A program made the translations under genes and the position numbers. 64,000 nucleotides of DNA from an uncultured Haloferula sp. (lineage in GTDB: Bacteria > Verrucomicrobiota > Verrucomicrobiia > Verrucomicrobiales > Akkermansiaceae), in assembly GCA_965652295.1 (NCBI GenBank), contig CBFGTS010000017.1, positions 32,769 to 96,768 on the forward strand, written 5' to 3'. Every line of letters starts with the position of its first letter. Position 1 is the stretch's first letter. The notes under the pieces are model-generated. The model was not told where the DNA came from, made no database searches, and saw only the letters and a program-made list of their open reading frames with translations. Below, one piece after another: positions 18,161 to 28,037 of the stretch.

Positions 18161-20110
18161 TCAGCAGAACTTCGCGTGGAGGATGTGGAGGCCGAGGAGG
18201 TGGTTGAGGAGGGCGTCCTTGCGGACGAGTGAAGTGGGGTCGCGGTCGGCGTCGTATTCCTTGAGGAAACCCTCCACCGCATCGGCGGAGAGGATGCCGC
18301 AGCGATTGACGGCGTCGCGGTTGAGGAAGGCGTCGATGAGTTCGCGAACCTTGGCCTTCTTCTTCTCGTCGGTGTGCGCGGGCGGGGCCATGAAGGCGAA
18401 CTTCTCGCGCTTGTAGAGGATCTCGGGAAGGACGCCGCAAACGGCCTCGCGGAGGACGTATTTCTCGATGTTGCCCTTGATGCGGTAATGCGGCGGCACC
18501 TTGAAGGCTGCCTCCGCGAGGTGGTGGTCGAGGAAGGCGGGGCGGCTTTCCATCGAGTTCGCCATGTCAACGCGGTCGCCGCCCCAGTTGAGGATCTGGC
18601 CTTCGAGCTGACACTTGGCCCAGGTGTACTGCGCGCGGTCGAGCGGGTGCCGGCCTTCCATCATCGAGTTGTCGATGCGTGAGGCGATTTCCTCGATGGG
18701 ATCGTAGTCCTTCAGATGCTCGGCCACATCGGGATCGAGCAGCGGGCGGGCGAGGTCGAGGGTCTCCATCCAAGGCTGAAGCCAGGACGGCGTGAAGCCG
18801 CACATGGTGTCCCACGCGGGGTGGTGGCGGACGTTTTCGGAGAGGATCGCGCCCTTGAAGAGCTTGTTGGTTTTCTCCAATGCCTCGGCGTATTCGGCGC
18901 GGATGTGCTCGGGCTCGTGGCTGATGCCGTGGAGGAACATGTCGCGCTTGAAGCCGGGGTAGCCGGCGAAAATCTCGTCGGAGCCCTCGCCGGTAACGAC
19001 GCAGCGGTAACCGCATTCCCAGACGCGCTTGGACATCAGATTCTTCGCCACGCCGAGGGTGTTGTAGAAGGTGCGCTCGGCGTGCCAGACGGTGTCGATG
19101 TAGTTCTCGCCGTAGAGATCGTCGGCGGCCAGGGTGATCATTTCCTGGTCGGCGTTCATCGACTCCGCCATCTCGCGGGCGATACTAGACTCGTCGTAGT
19201 CGTCGTTGTCGAAGGCGATGGTGAAGGCCTTGACCGGCGATTGCATGGCGCCGGTGGCGAGGCCGAGGATGCAGCAGGAATCGATGCCGCCGCTGAGGTA
19301 GCAGCCGACCGGGACGTCGGCCTCAAGCCGGAGGACCACGGCGCGGGTGAGCTCCTCGCGGATCTTCTCGACGTGGTATTCCTCGTTCTCGGGCTGGTCG
19401 TGGCCGCCTTCTTCGGGGAAATCGAGGTCCCAGTATTTGATCTTCTCGATTGAAAGGCGGTCGCCGTTTTTCCGCACGCGGAGCAGGTGGCCGGGCGCGA
19501 GCGACTCGATGTTTTTGAACGCGCTCATGCCGGGCGCGATGGTCTGCATGAGCTGGTGCAGCGCGGCCTTTTCGTCGAGTTCGGCGGGGATCTCCGGGTG
19601 GGCGAGGAGGGCCTTGACCTCGGAACCCCAGTGGATGGTGTGGCCGTCCTGAACGTGGATGAAGAGCGGGCGGATACCCCAACGGTCGCGAACGAGGAGC
19701 AACTCGTCGTTCTCCTGATCATAGAGCGCGAAGGCGAACTCGCCGCGGAGGTGCTTGAGGAAATCGAGGCCGTGTTTGCGGTAGAGGCCGAGCGCGATCT
19801 CGGAGTCCGACTTGGTGCGGAACCGCTGGCCCTCGGCCATGAGGACGGAGCGGTGGAACTTGAAGTCGTAGAACTCGCCGTTGACGGTGGAAACGAAGCG
19901 GTCGTCGTACGAGCGGATCGGCTGGCAGCCGCCTTCGAGGTCGTTGATGGAGAGCCGAGTGTGCCCGAAGGCGATCCCACGTTCGGGCCGCAGCCAGGTG
20001 GTTTGCGCGTCGGGTCCACGGTGAAGGATGGCCTGGAGCTGATCGTGAAGGATCGGCTCACGGGCGTCGGTGAGAGGTCGGGCGGAAAAGCTGCCGGTAA
20101 TGCCACACAT
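18161..20110 (-). CDS. asnB: asparagine synthase (glutamine-hydrolysing) family amidotransferase
   Basis: MCGITG N-terminal Cys, HTRLSI, NGEFY, LSGGIDS, GEGSDE and ESRPAFLDH motifs. Confidence 0.9.
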   Translation of the reverse strand: MCGITGSFSARPLTDAREPILHDQLQAILHRGPDAQTTWLRPERGIAFGHTRLSINDLEGGCQPIRSYDDRFVSTVNGEFYDFKFHRSVLMAEGQRFRTKSDSEIALGLYRKHGLDFLKHLRGEFAFALYDQENDELLLVRDRWGIRPLFIHVQDGHTIHWGSEVKALLAHPEIPAELDEKAALHQLMQTIAPGMSAFKNIESLAPGHLLRVRKNGDRLSIEKIKYWDLDFPEEGGHDQPENEEYHVEKIREELTRAVVLRLEADVPVGCYLSGGIDSCCILGLATGAMQSPVKAFTIAFDNDDYDESSIAREMAESMNADQEMITLAADDLYGENYIDTVWHAERTFYNTLGVAKNLMSKRVWECGYRCVVTGEGSDEIFAGYPGFKRDMFLHGISHEPEHIRAEYAEALEKTNKLFKGAILSENVRHHPAWDTMCGFTPSWLQPWMETLDLARPLLDPDVAEHLKDYDPIEEIASRIDNSMMEGRHPLDRAQYTWAKCQLEGQILNWGGDRVDMANSMESRPAFLDHHLAEAAFKVPPHYRIKGNIEKYVLREAVCGVLPEILYKREKFAFMAPPAHTDEKKKAKVRELIDAFLNRDAVNRCGILSADAVEGFLKEYDADRDPTSLVRKDALLNHLLGLHILHAKFC

Positions 20111-20126
20111 GGTTTTGGAAGGAGAG

Positions 20127-20155
20127 ATAGGTCGTATAAGTCCTATGGGACCTAT
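20127..20155. repeat. 9-mer degenerate tandem repeat / palindrome
   Basis: ataggtcgt ataagtcct atgggacct at. The ends ataggtc and gacctat are complementary. Confidence 0.6.
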
Positions 20156-20157
20156 TT

Positions 20158-21243
20158 CTAGGAGCCCGCGAATTCAGGAAGACGGTCAAGTCGGCCGAGC
20201 ACCGCGAGCAGCAGCGCCTGGCGGACGAAGACGGCCCCGTGAGCCTGGCTGAAGTAGAGGTTGTGCGGGGTTTTGTCCAAGGAGGTGTCCAGCTCATCAA
20301 GGCGGGCGAGCGGGTGGAGGATCACGGCTTCCTGCTTCAGCGGGCTGTCAGCGTCGAGCTTGTAGCGGGCGTCGAGCGCCTTGTAGGAGTCCCCGAGGAA
20401 GGCGATCGAGTTCATGTAAATCACATCGAGACGCGGTAGGCTTTCGCGGATGTCGTTGGTGACCTCGTATTCGATGTTGGCGCGGTTGAGGCTCTCGGTG
20501 ACGTCCTTGCCGAAGGGGTCGGCCATTTCCGAAATGACGGTGACCTTCTCGATGTGTTCGTGGAAAAGCAGCGCCATGAGCAGGAAGGATTTCACCGCGC
20601 GCATCGACCCGGGCGTGCCGAGGATGCCGAGCTGGAGTTTCTGGTCGCCGGTCTCGAAGGGTGCGGCGAGGCGGGGCTTCCATTTCAGCAGCGCATACCA
20701 GTCGGCCAGCGCCTGGGTCGGGTGCTCGCCGGAGCCGTTGCCGGCGTTGATGAGTGGGACGCGGAGGTTCTCGAGCATCTGCTTCGGCGCGTCGGTCTCG
20801 GTGTGACGCATGACGACGCAGTCGCAGTAGGCGTTGAACATTTCGCCGATGTCCTGGAGGGACTCGCCCTTCTTCGCGCCGGTCACGCCGCCATCGGGGA
20901 TGGAAATGATCTTCCCGGCCAGGCGGTGGACGGCGCTCTCGAAGCTGGTGCGGGTGCGGGTGGAGGCTTCGAAGAAAGCGGTGGTGACGATTTTTCCATC
21001 GAGCGGATGGTAGGGCCAGATCTCGACCTGCTCGAGGAAGGCGGCGAGCTTGCACAGCTCGGCCACCTGCTGGAATGAGAACTGGCGGGCGTAGAGGACG
21101 TTCTGGCCGGAAAGTTCGGCCAGGACGTTGAGATCGGGCGCGGCGGACGCAAAGAGGTTCCTCGGCTCGGGCCGGGTGGCGTCGGAGTCGCGCGGCGGCT
21201 TGAGATAGGGAGTCGCCGGGTTCGGCGTGAATGCTTCGCTCAT
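20158..21243 (-). CDS. aspartate/ornithine carbamoyltransferase family protein (atypical, ATCase-like)
   Basis: FFEASTRTRTSFE, KKGESLQD, VMRH, EHPTQALAD and HPLAR motifs. Start at MSEAF. Confidence 0.88.
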   Translation of the reverse strand: MSEAFTPNPATPYLKPPRDSDATRPEPRNLFASAAPDLNVLAELSGQNVLYARQFSFQQVAELCKLAAFLEQVEIWPYHPLDGKIVTTAFFEASTRTRTSFESAVHRLAGKIISIPDGGVTGAKKGESLQDIGEMFNAYCDCVVMRHTETDAPKQMLENLRVPLINAGNGSGEHPTQALADWYALLKWKPRLAAPFETGDQKLQLGILGTPGSMRAVKSFLLMALLFHEHIEKVTVISEMADPFGKDVTESLNRANIEYEVTNDIRESLPRLDVIYMNSIAFLGDSYKALDARYKLDADSPLKQEAVILHPLARLDELDTSLDKTPHNLYFSQAHGAVFVRQALLLAVLGRLDRLPEFAGS

Positions 21244-21389
21244 GGGTGAATCGAGGTTGGAGGGAGTTACCAAAGTTCGCCGCGCTTCCAGTCGCGGACC
21301 AGCAGCACGATCAAGGCAAGCGCGCCGAGACCGGTCCACACGAGGCCGAGGTAGACGAGGGCTTGGAGAAAGGTGGAGGAGAACATGGC

Positions 21390-22811
21390 TTAGTGACCGA
21401 TGGCATCGAGGGGCTTGGCTCCGATCCAGCGCGCGGCGAGGGTGAACACCATCGAGACCGCGCCGCCAACGAGTGCGCCGGTGTAGGTTTGGAGTTCAAA
21501 ATACGCCCAAAGCCCGCTGGCACAACCGGCGATGATTCCGGCGATGACGAGCGGGGCATTGAGTCGTTTCCAGAAGAGCCCGGCGATCACCGGCCAGATG
21601 AGGCTGGCGACGAGCGCGCCGGCGCTGAAGAGGACCTGATCGATGTTCCAGCCGCTGAGGGCGAGGCTCCAGGCGACCACGGAAACTACGATGATCGCCG
21701 TAGCGGCGACGGGGCGGAATTTCTGCGGATCGAGGTGCTGCTTGAAGACGCCCTCGTAGATGTCGCGGACCAGCAGGTCGGAGGTGGCGGCGAGGAGTGA
21801 ATCGATCGAGGAAGCCATCGAGCAGAACAGCACGACGAGGATGATGACGCCGGCGAACTGGCCCAGCCCGGCGAGGCCGAGGACGTGCTCGGCGACCTGC
21901 GGGCCGACTTTTCCGGGATCGGTTACGTTCACGCCCAGCGGCCCCGCGCAGAGGGCGATGAAGCCGGCGGCGATCGGAATCGGGAACCACAGCACGCCGG
22001 AGAGGAAGAACGCCTTCGGCGCGACCTTTTCGCGCATGGCGAACGCGCGCGACCACCAGACGTTGTTGTGCATGACCTCGCCGAAGCCGAAGAGCATGTT
22101 GTTGAAAATGGCCAGCAGGGCGGCGGGCATCATCACGTCGAGCAGCGCCGGCTGCTCCGCCATGAGGTGGCGGTGGACGGTGGGGACATCGACGTGATTG
22201 AGCACTTCGTAGCCGATGAAGACGATGCCGATCAGGATGATCAGGCTCTGGATGAAATCGGTGCCGATGACCGCGTAGAGCCCGCCGAAGAGCGTGTAGA
22301 GCACGCAGACGACGAGGATCAACGTCATGCCGTGGACGTATTCGATGCCGCCGAGAGCCTCCAGCAGCTTGCCGCCGGCGATGGCCATGGTGACCAGCCA
22401 GGTGATGGAATACACCAGCGTAATGACGAGAAATACGCCCCATCCCGTACGTCCGTAGCGCAGCCGGAAGAAATCGCCCGCGGTGACGCCCTCGGGGAGC
22501 AGCTTGCGGATGCGGAAGGCGAGCGGCGCGAAGAGCATCAACCCGAACGAGGCCGAGGCATAGGCGAGCATCCCCCAGACGCCTTTCTCGTAGGCGAGCA
22601 GCGGCGCGACCATGGTGGTGTTCGAGGTCACCCACGTAGCCATGGCGGTGGCGGTGCCGAGGGAAAGCCCGACGTTGCGTCCGGCGAGCATGAAACCCTC
22701 GCTGGTCTTCGCTTTCCTGCCCCACCACATGCCGAGCGCGACCCACAACACGCCCAGCCCGATGACGATGGCCCAGGCGGTGGAGTGGGAAATGGAAGCG
22801 GCGAGGATCAT
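21390..22811 (-). CDS. sodium:solute symporter family transporter
   Basis: FMLAGRNVG, YTLFGGLYAVIGTDFIQ and SMASSIDSLL motifs; polytopic membrane protein. Confidence 0.88.
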   Translation of the reverse strand: MILAASISHSTAWAIVIGLGVLWVALGMWWGRKAKTSEGFMLAGRNVGLSLGTATAMATWVTSNTTMVAPLLAYEKGVWGMLAYASASFGLMLFAPLAFRIRKLLPEGVTAGDFFRLRYGRTGWGVFLVITLVYSITWLVTMAIAGGKLLEALGGIEYVHGMTLILVVCVLYTLFGGLYAVIGTDFIQSLIILIGIVFIGYEVLNHVDVPTVHRHLMAEQPALLDVMMPAALLAIFNNMLFGFGEVMHNNVWWSRAFAMREKVAPKAFFLSGVLWFPIPIAAGFIALCAGPLGVNVTDPGKVGPQVAEHVLGLAGLGQFAGVIILVVLFCSMASSIDSLLAATSDLLVRDIYEGVFKQHLDPQKFRPVAATAIIVVSVVAWSLALSGWNIDQVLFSAGALVASLIWPVIAGLFWKRLNAPLVIAGIIAGCASGLWAYFELQTYTGALVGGAVSMVFTLAARWIGAKPLDAIGH

Positions 22812-23362
22812 CGCGATTTGGCAAACCCGTGGAGGATGGCTCCGATGGTGAGGACGGCGACAAACGCACCGGTGCCGAGCAACAGGTGGAGCTGCCCGCG
22901 GTGCATGTATTCGACCTTGATCCGGAGCGGCTCCGACCACTCGGTGGCTCCTGTTTCGCGGACGCGGAAATGGTAGGTCCCTTCGGCGAGGCCGGTCAGC
23001 ACGCTCTCGGTGTCAGGACCGCGGTAGCGCAGGTGCGCGTCGGAGAAATCGGCGTCGGTGCTTTGTTGCAGCTCGTATTCGGGTCCTTCGCCCCGCCAGA
23101 CGAGGTCGATGGTGCCGTCGTCGCTGACTCCGGCTCTCGGGCCGAGATCGCTTTCCAGCAAAGGCGCGGCCATCGCGGAGCCGACCACTCCACCCACGAC
23201 GAGGCCGGCGAAAACCGACCTGCAGAAATGGATGTTGGGCGAAGGAAGAAAGATGGTTCCGTCGGGTTGGATGGCGGCTGTCCGGCAACGGCGGTTGCTG
23301 AAAAACGGCGCGGCTACCCTTGGGTCTAACCGCCGCGATGGCAAATTCTTTCTGGAATCCAT
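22808..23362 (-). CDS. small membrane-anchored protein with FN3-like domain (start uncertain)
   Basis: LVWRG..YELQQS...GLAEGTYHFRVR...WSEP followed by a C-terminal TM segment. Its stop overlaps the SSS start. Confidence 0.65.
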   Translation of the reverse strand: MDSRKNLPSRRLDPRVAAPFFSNRRCRTAAIQPDGTIFLPSPNIHFCRSVFAGLVVGGVVGSAMAAPLLESDLGPRAGVSDDGTIDLVWRGEGPEYELQQSTDADFSDAHLRYRGPDTESVLTGLAEGTYHFRVRETGATEWSEPLRIKVEYMHRGQLHLLLGTGAFVAVLTIGAILHGFAKSR

Positions 23363-23400
23363 GCCGTCGCACGCGTTGGGTGGACCTCATGGTCGAGACG

Positions 23401-24645
23401 ATGCCCGAAATATCCATCGAAAGGCTCGGCGGCGATCTACGGGAACTCTCGGAGATCGGACGCGCGGAGGATGGCGGCGTGTACCGCATGGCTTTCACCG
23501 AGGCCGACATGCGCGGCAAGGCATGGCTGGAGCAGCGCATGCAGGACGCGGGCCTGGAAACCTCGCGCGATGGCGCGTGCAACGTGATCGGCCGGCTCGC
23601 CGGAAAAAACGCGGAGGCCCCCGCGCTGGTGATCGGCTCCCACATCGACACGGTGCCGTGCGCCGGGATCCTCGATGGCACCCTGGGCGTGCTGACCGGG
23701 CTCGAATGCCTGCGCGCGGTGAAGGAAAGCGGCCGCGTGCCGGAGCGCGACATCGAGCTGATCGCCTTCTCCGATGAGGAAGGCCGCTTCGGCGGCATGC
23801 TCGGCTCGCAGGCATTCGCCGGGCAGGTCACGCCGGATGTCATCCACACCGCGGTCGATCCCGCGGGCGAAAAAATGGCCGATGCGATGGCCGCGCACGG
23901 CCTCGATCCCTGGCTCGCGTTGCAGGCGCGGCGCGATCCGCAGACGATCGCCGCCTACCTGGAGCTGCACATCGAGCAGGGCCCGGTGCTTTCCGGAAAC
24001 GACGAGCAGATCGGCGTGGTCGAGGCGATCACCGGGCTCTTCAAGTGGACCGTGACGCTTTCCGGCGAGCCGAACCACGCCGGCACCACGCCCATGCCGA
24101 TGCGGCGCGACGCGTTCATGGGCGTGGCCGATTTCGCCCACGAGATCCCGCGCCTGCTCGACGAGAACGGCTCCGAACGCTCGCGGGCGACGATCGGCCG
24201 CGTGGATCTCACGCCCGGCTCCGCCAACACGGTGCCGGGCGAGGCCCGGTTCACCCTCGACGTGCGCGATACGGACGAGACGGTGATGCACGAACTCGCC
24301 GACTCCGCACGCAAGGCGCTCAACGCGATCGCCCGACGCCGCGGGCTGCGTTTCAACTACGAGGTCGATAGCTGGATCAATCCGGTCGATTGCGATGCCG
24401 CGCTTTCCGACATGGTTGAAGCCGCGGCGAAAGACGCGGGCACCCGTTTCCGCCGCATGATCTCGGGTGCCGCCCACGATGCGCAGATCGTCGCCTCGCT
24501 CTGTCCCGTAGGCATGATTTTCGTCCCGTCGCTGGAGGGAAAATCCCACTCGCCCGCGGAATGGACCGCCTGGGACGACATCGAGGCCGGGGCCCGCGTC
24601 ATGCTCGGCACGATCGAACGCTTCGCCTTCCCATCCGCTTCCTGA
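23401..24645 (+). CDS. M20 Zn-dependent hydrolase, N-carbamoyl-amino-acid / allantoate amidohydrolase family
   Basis: GSHIDTV, DEEGRF, ELHIEQGP, NHAGTTPM, SGAAHDA and SHSPAE motifs. Confidence 0.92.
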   Translation: MPEISIERLGGDLRELSEIGRAEDGGVYRMAFTEADMRGKAWLEQRMQDAGLETSRDGACNVIGRLAGKNAEAPALVIGSHIDTVPCAGILDGTLGVLTGLECLRAVKESGRVPERDIELIAFSDEEGRFGGMLGSQAFAGQVTPDVIHTAVDPAGEKMADAMAAHGLDPWLALQARRDPQTIAAYLELHIEQGPVLSGNDEQIGVVEAITGLFKWTVTLSGEPNHAGTTPMPMRRDAFMGVADFAHEIPRLLDENGSERSRATIGRVDLTPGSANTVPGEARFTLDVRDTDETVMHELADSARKALNAIARRRGLRFNYEVDSWINPVDCDAALSDMVEAAAKDAGTRFRRMISGAAHDAQIVASLCPVGMIFVPSLEGKSHSPAEWTAWDDIEAGARVMLGTIERFAFPSAS

Positions 24646-24649
24646 ACCC

Positions 24650-25393
24650 ATGTCCGTCACCTCCATCACCGACCCCCTCCGCCAGCAATATCGCGAAGCC
24701 TTTGTCACCAATCCGCGCCGCGCGGAGCACCTCGCCGATGGCAAGGTGGCGCTGTTGTGCATCGACGTGCAGTACCTCGACGCGGCCGATGGCTACGGGC
24801 TCTTCGCCGATCCCGACACGAGCGGCGTGCCGGAGGAGGGACGGAAGTACTACTTCGAGCGTTTGGAAACGCTGGTGCTGCCCGGCATGCGGCTGCTGCA
24901 GGATGCGTTCCGCGGCGAGAAGCTGGAGGTCATCCACATTCGGATCTGCGCGCTGACCCACGACGGCCGGGACCGGAGCGCCGGGCACCGACGGCTCAAC
25001 CTGCTGGCCGCTCCCGGCAGCAAGGAGGCGGAGTTTCTCGAGCAGGTCGCGCCGGAGGGCGATGAGATCGTGATCAACAAAACCGCCAGCGGCGTATTCT
25101 CCAGCACCAACATCCATTACGTGCTCGGCAACCTCGGCATCCGCTCGCTCTATCTCTGCGGCGTCTACACCAACGAGTGCGTCGAGACCGCCGCACGCGA
25201 CGCCTGCGACCTCGGGTATTTCGTGACGATCGTCGAGGATGCCTGCGCGACGGTGACCGAGCGCCTGCACGAGGCCTCGCTGGCGACGCTGCGCGACCGC
25301 TACGCGCGGATCAATTCCGTGCGCGATGTGCTGAGGGAACTCGACGTCCTGCGCGACAGCTCCACGGCCGCAATCCTCTCGCGGACCGAATAG
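24650..25393 (+). CDS. isochorismatase-family cysteine hydrolase (amidase-like)
   Basis: LLCIDVQ (Asp), INKTASGVF (Lys) and GVYTNECVETAARDA (Cys) triad. Confidence 0.9.
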   Translation: MSVTSITDPLRQQYREAFVTNPRRAEHLADGKVALLCIDVQYLDAADGYGLFADPDTSGVPEEGRKYYFERLETLVLPGMRLLQDAFRGEKLEVIHIRICALTHDGRDRSAGHRRLNLLAAPGSKEAEFLEQVAPEGDEIVINKTASGVFSSTNIHYVLGNLGIRSLYLCGVYTNECVETAARDACDLGYFVTIVEDACATVTERLHEASLATLRDRYARINSVRDVLRELDVLRDSSTAAILSRTE

Positions 25394-25493
25394 GAGCCGG
25401 GCGCTCCTGCGGGCGACGAGGGTGTCCGGCTTTTTTGATCACAGAACAGCGGAGGGGAGGACGTCCGACTGGATCATCCGGAATTCAGTTTTT

Positions 25494-25611
25494 CTCTGTG
25501 ACCTCCGTTTTCCTCGGTGCCTCCGTGTTGAAAAAAGGCGTTCCCGTTCCTGGAGCAAACCCACCGAGCCCCCGGACTGCCCAGGTTGCGGGGCGAGGGC
25601 GTTCTACTTCC
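25494..25611. repeat. 9-mer tandem repeat plus degenerate REP copy downstream of tRNA-Glu
   Basis: ctctgtgac ctccgtttt cctcggtgc ctccgtgtt (25494-25529). 25585-25611 matches 43100-43126 at 22/27 positions. Confidence 0.55.
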
Positions 25612-25651
25612 AAAAAAATCCCGCCGGAAGGGCGGGAACTCAAGGAGGAAG

Positions 25652-25726
25652 TGGCAACCCGTAGGGGAATCGAACCCCTATTGCCAGAATGAAAATCTGG
25701 AGTCCTAACCGTTAGACGAACGGGTC
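25652..25726 (-). tRNA. tRNA-Glu (TTC)
   Basis: The reverse complement GACCCGTTCGTCTAACGGTTAGGACTCCAGATTTTCATTCTGGCAATAGGGGTTCGATTCCCCTACGGGTTGCCA folds as a cloverleaf with anticodon TTC and an encoded CCA. Confidence 0.97.
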
Positions 25727-25955
25727 TCACTTCGCGAAGCTTGCCGGAGCAGGCTTCCTTCGCCCACCGGGGTGGGCTGGGCCGGAAAGCTAGTCAGAGC
25801 CCTCCGACTGACAAGCACATTTTTGGGAAAAAAATTCCGCATCCATTCATGGGTTGGATGAAACGTTCCCTGAGTGGTGGATGAATGGCGGCTTGCCAGC
25901 GGGGACATCGTCCCTACCCTGCGCGCCCTGTCCGACAAGCACTTACGGATTGCCC

Positions 25956-27935
25956 ATGAATACAGACATCCTCTCCCAAGCCGCCGCCCAGGCGCGTGGC
26001 CTCGCCATTGATGCCGTCCACGCGTGTTCCTCCGGCCACCTCGGCCTGCCGCTCGGCTGCGCCGAGATCGGTGCCGTCCTCTGGGGTGCCGGCGGCCTGC
26101 GCTACAATCCGGAAGCTCCGAAGTGGCTGAACCGCGACCGTTTCATCCTTTCCGCCGGCCACGGCTCGATGTTCCTCTACAGCTGGCTGCACATGACCGG
26201 GTACGACGTGCCGATGGAAAACGTGCGGAACTTCCGCCAGCTCGGCTCGCACACCCCCGGCCACCCGGAGTCGTTTGAAACCGCCGGCGTCGAGGCCACC
26301 ACCGGCCCGCTCGGCCAGGGCGTGGGCAACGCCGTGGGCTTCGCCCTCTCCGGCAAGCGCGCCGCAGCCCGCTTCAACACCAAGGATCACACGATTTTCG
26401 ACCACCACGTCATCGCCCTCCACGGCGACGGCTGCCTTCAGGAAGGCGTGGCCAAGGAGGCGATCGCTTTCGCCGGCCACAACAAGCTGGATAACCTGAT
26501 CCTCATCTACGATTCGAACGACGTCACCCTCGACGCCATGGCCGAGGTGACCCAGAGCGAGGACGCCGCCGGCTACTTCGTTTCCCAGGGTTGGGACGTC
26601 GTCACCATCGACGGCCACGATTTCACCGCCATCCACAAGGCGCTGGAAAACGCGAAGAACGACGACAACGGCAAGCCGAAGGTGATCATCGCCAAAACCA
26701 CCATCGGCAAGGGTATCCCGGAAGTCGAAGGCACCTCCAAGGGCCACGGTGAGGGCGGCGCGAATTTCTCCGACGCCGCACGCAAGGGCCTCGGCCTGCC
26801 GGAAGAGCACTTCTATGTCTCCGACGAGGTGCGCGATTACCTCAAGCAGGTCGCCGACAACCACAAGCACGCCTTCCTTTCCTGGCAGAGCGACTACGAG
26901 GCCTGGGCGCAGGCGAATCCCGAGCTGGCCGTCGAGCTTCGCGCCGGCGTGCAGGGGGAGATCCCGAGCGACCTCGTCGAGCGCATCCCGGCCTTTGCCG
27001 AGGATTACAAGGACGCGACCCGCGGCGCGGGCGGCGTGGTGATCCAGTCGGTGGCCAAGGAAGTGCCCCACTTCATCACCGGCTCGGCCGATCTCTACGG
27101 CTCGACCAAGAACTACATCAAGGATGCCGGCGACTTCGGTCCGGAGAACCCGACCGGCCGCAACATCTGGTTCGGCATCCGCGAGCACGCCATGGGAGCC
27201 ATCTGCAATGGCATCGCCTACGACGGCATCTTCCGCGGTTCCGGCGCGACCTTCCTGGTCTTCGCCGACTACCTCCGCCCCTCCATCCGTCTGGCCGCGC
27301 TTTCCCGCCTGCCCGTCACCTACATCTTCACCCACGATTCCGTGGGCGTCGGTGAGGACGGCCCGACCCACCAGCCGGTGGAAACCGTGAGCGGCCTGCG
27401 CGTGATCCCGCAGCTCGACGTGATCCGCCCGGCCGACGCCGAGGAAACCGCCGGCGCCTTCGCTGCGGCGATGCTCCGCACCGATGGTCCCACGGCCCTC
27501 ATCCTGACCCGCCAGGGCGTGCCGCCGATGAGCCAGCTGTCCGTTTCCGAGCGCCGCAACGGCGTGATCCGCGGCGGCTATGTCGTCCGTAAGGAGAAGG
27601 GCGAACTCACCACCATCCTCCTCGCCACCGGTTCCGAGGTGCAATACTGCCTCAAGGCCGCCGAGGAACTCGGCGACGGCGTGCGCGTCGTCTCGATGCC
27701 CTGCTTCGAGCGCTTCGACCGCCAGGACGCCGCCTACCGCGAGGCGGTCCTGCCGAAGTCCTGCACCCGGCGCGTCGCCATCGAGGCCGGCGTCACCGGC
27801 CTGTGGTGGAAATACGTCGGCACCGAAGGCAAGGTCGTCGGCATCGACCGCTTCGGCCTCAGCGCCCCCGGCAACACGGTCTTCAAAGAACTCGGCATCA
27901 CCGTCGAGTCGGTCGTTGCCGCCGCCAAAGCCTGA
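25956..27935 (+). CDS. tkt: transketolase
   Basis: [33 protein letters not shown] and GEDGPTHQP motifs. Confidence 0.96.
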   Translation: MNTDILSQAAAQARGLAIDAVHACSSGHLGLPLGCAEIGAVLWGAGGLRYNPEAPKWLNRDRFILSAGHGSMFLYSWLHMTGYDVPMENVRNFRQLGSHTPGHPESFETAGVEATTGPLGQGVGNAVGFALSGKRAAARFNTKDHTIFDHHVIALHGDGCLQEGVAKEAIAFAGHNKLDNLILIYDSNDVTLDAMAEVTQSEDAAGYFVSQGWDVVTIDGHDFTAIHKALENAKNDDNGKPKVIIAKTTIGKGIPEVEGTSKGHGEGGANFSDAARKGLGLPEEHFYVSDEVRDYLKQVADNHKHAFLSWQSDYEAWAQANPELAVELRAGVQGEIPSDLVERIPAFAEDYKDATRGAGGVVIQSVAKEVPHFITGSADLYGSTKNYIKDAGDFGPENPTGRNIWFGIREHAMGAICNGIAYDGIFRGSGATFLVFADYLRPSIRLAALSRLPVTYIFTHDSVGVGEDGPTHQPVETVSGLRVIPQLDVIRPADAEETAGAFAAAMLRTDGPTALILTRQGVPPMSQLSVSERRNGVIRGGYVVRKEKGELTTILLATGSEVQYCLKAAEELGDGVRVVSMPCFERFDRQDAAYREAVLPKSCTRRVAIEAGVTGLWWKYVGTEGKVVGIDRFGLSAPGNTVFKELGITVESVVAAAKA

Positions 27936-27937
27936 TC

Positions 27938-27959
27938 GTGGCGGCGGATTTCATCCGCC
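27938..27959 (+). repeat. single REP-like unit (GTGG plus hairpin)
   Basis: gtggc ggcggat ttc atccgcc immediately after the tkt stop. Confidence 0.45.
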
Positions 27960-27982
27960 AAGCCCACCGCTTCAATATTCAT

Positions 27983-28016
27983 GCCGCCCCGGGAAACCGG
28001 GGCGGCGTATTTTTTG
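27983..28016 (+). terminator. intrinsic terminator after tkt
   Basis: gccgccccgg-gaaa-ccggggcggc followed by gtattttttg. Confidence 0.8.
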
Positions 28017-28037
28017 ATGCCCGCCGCTCCTTTCCGG

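Noticed and set aside
25652..25726. tRNA-Glu as an integration site for the neighbouring catabolic cluster
   Set aside because: No integrase, no duplicated tRNA 3' end noticed, and no obvious compositional shift.
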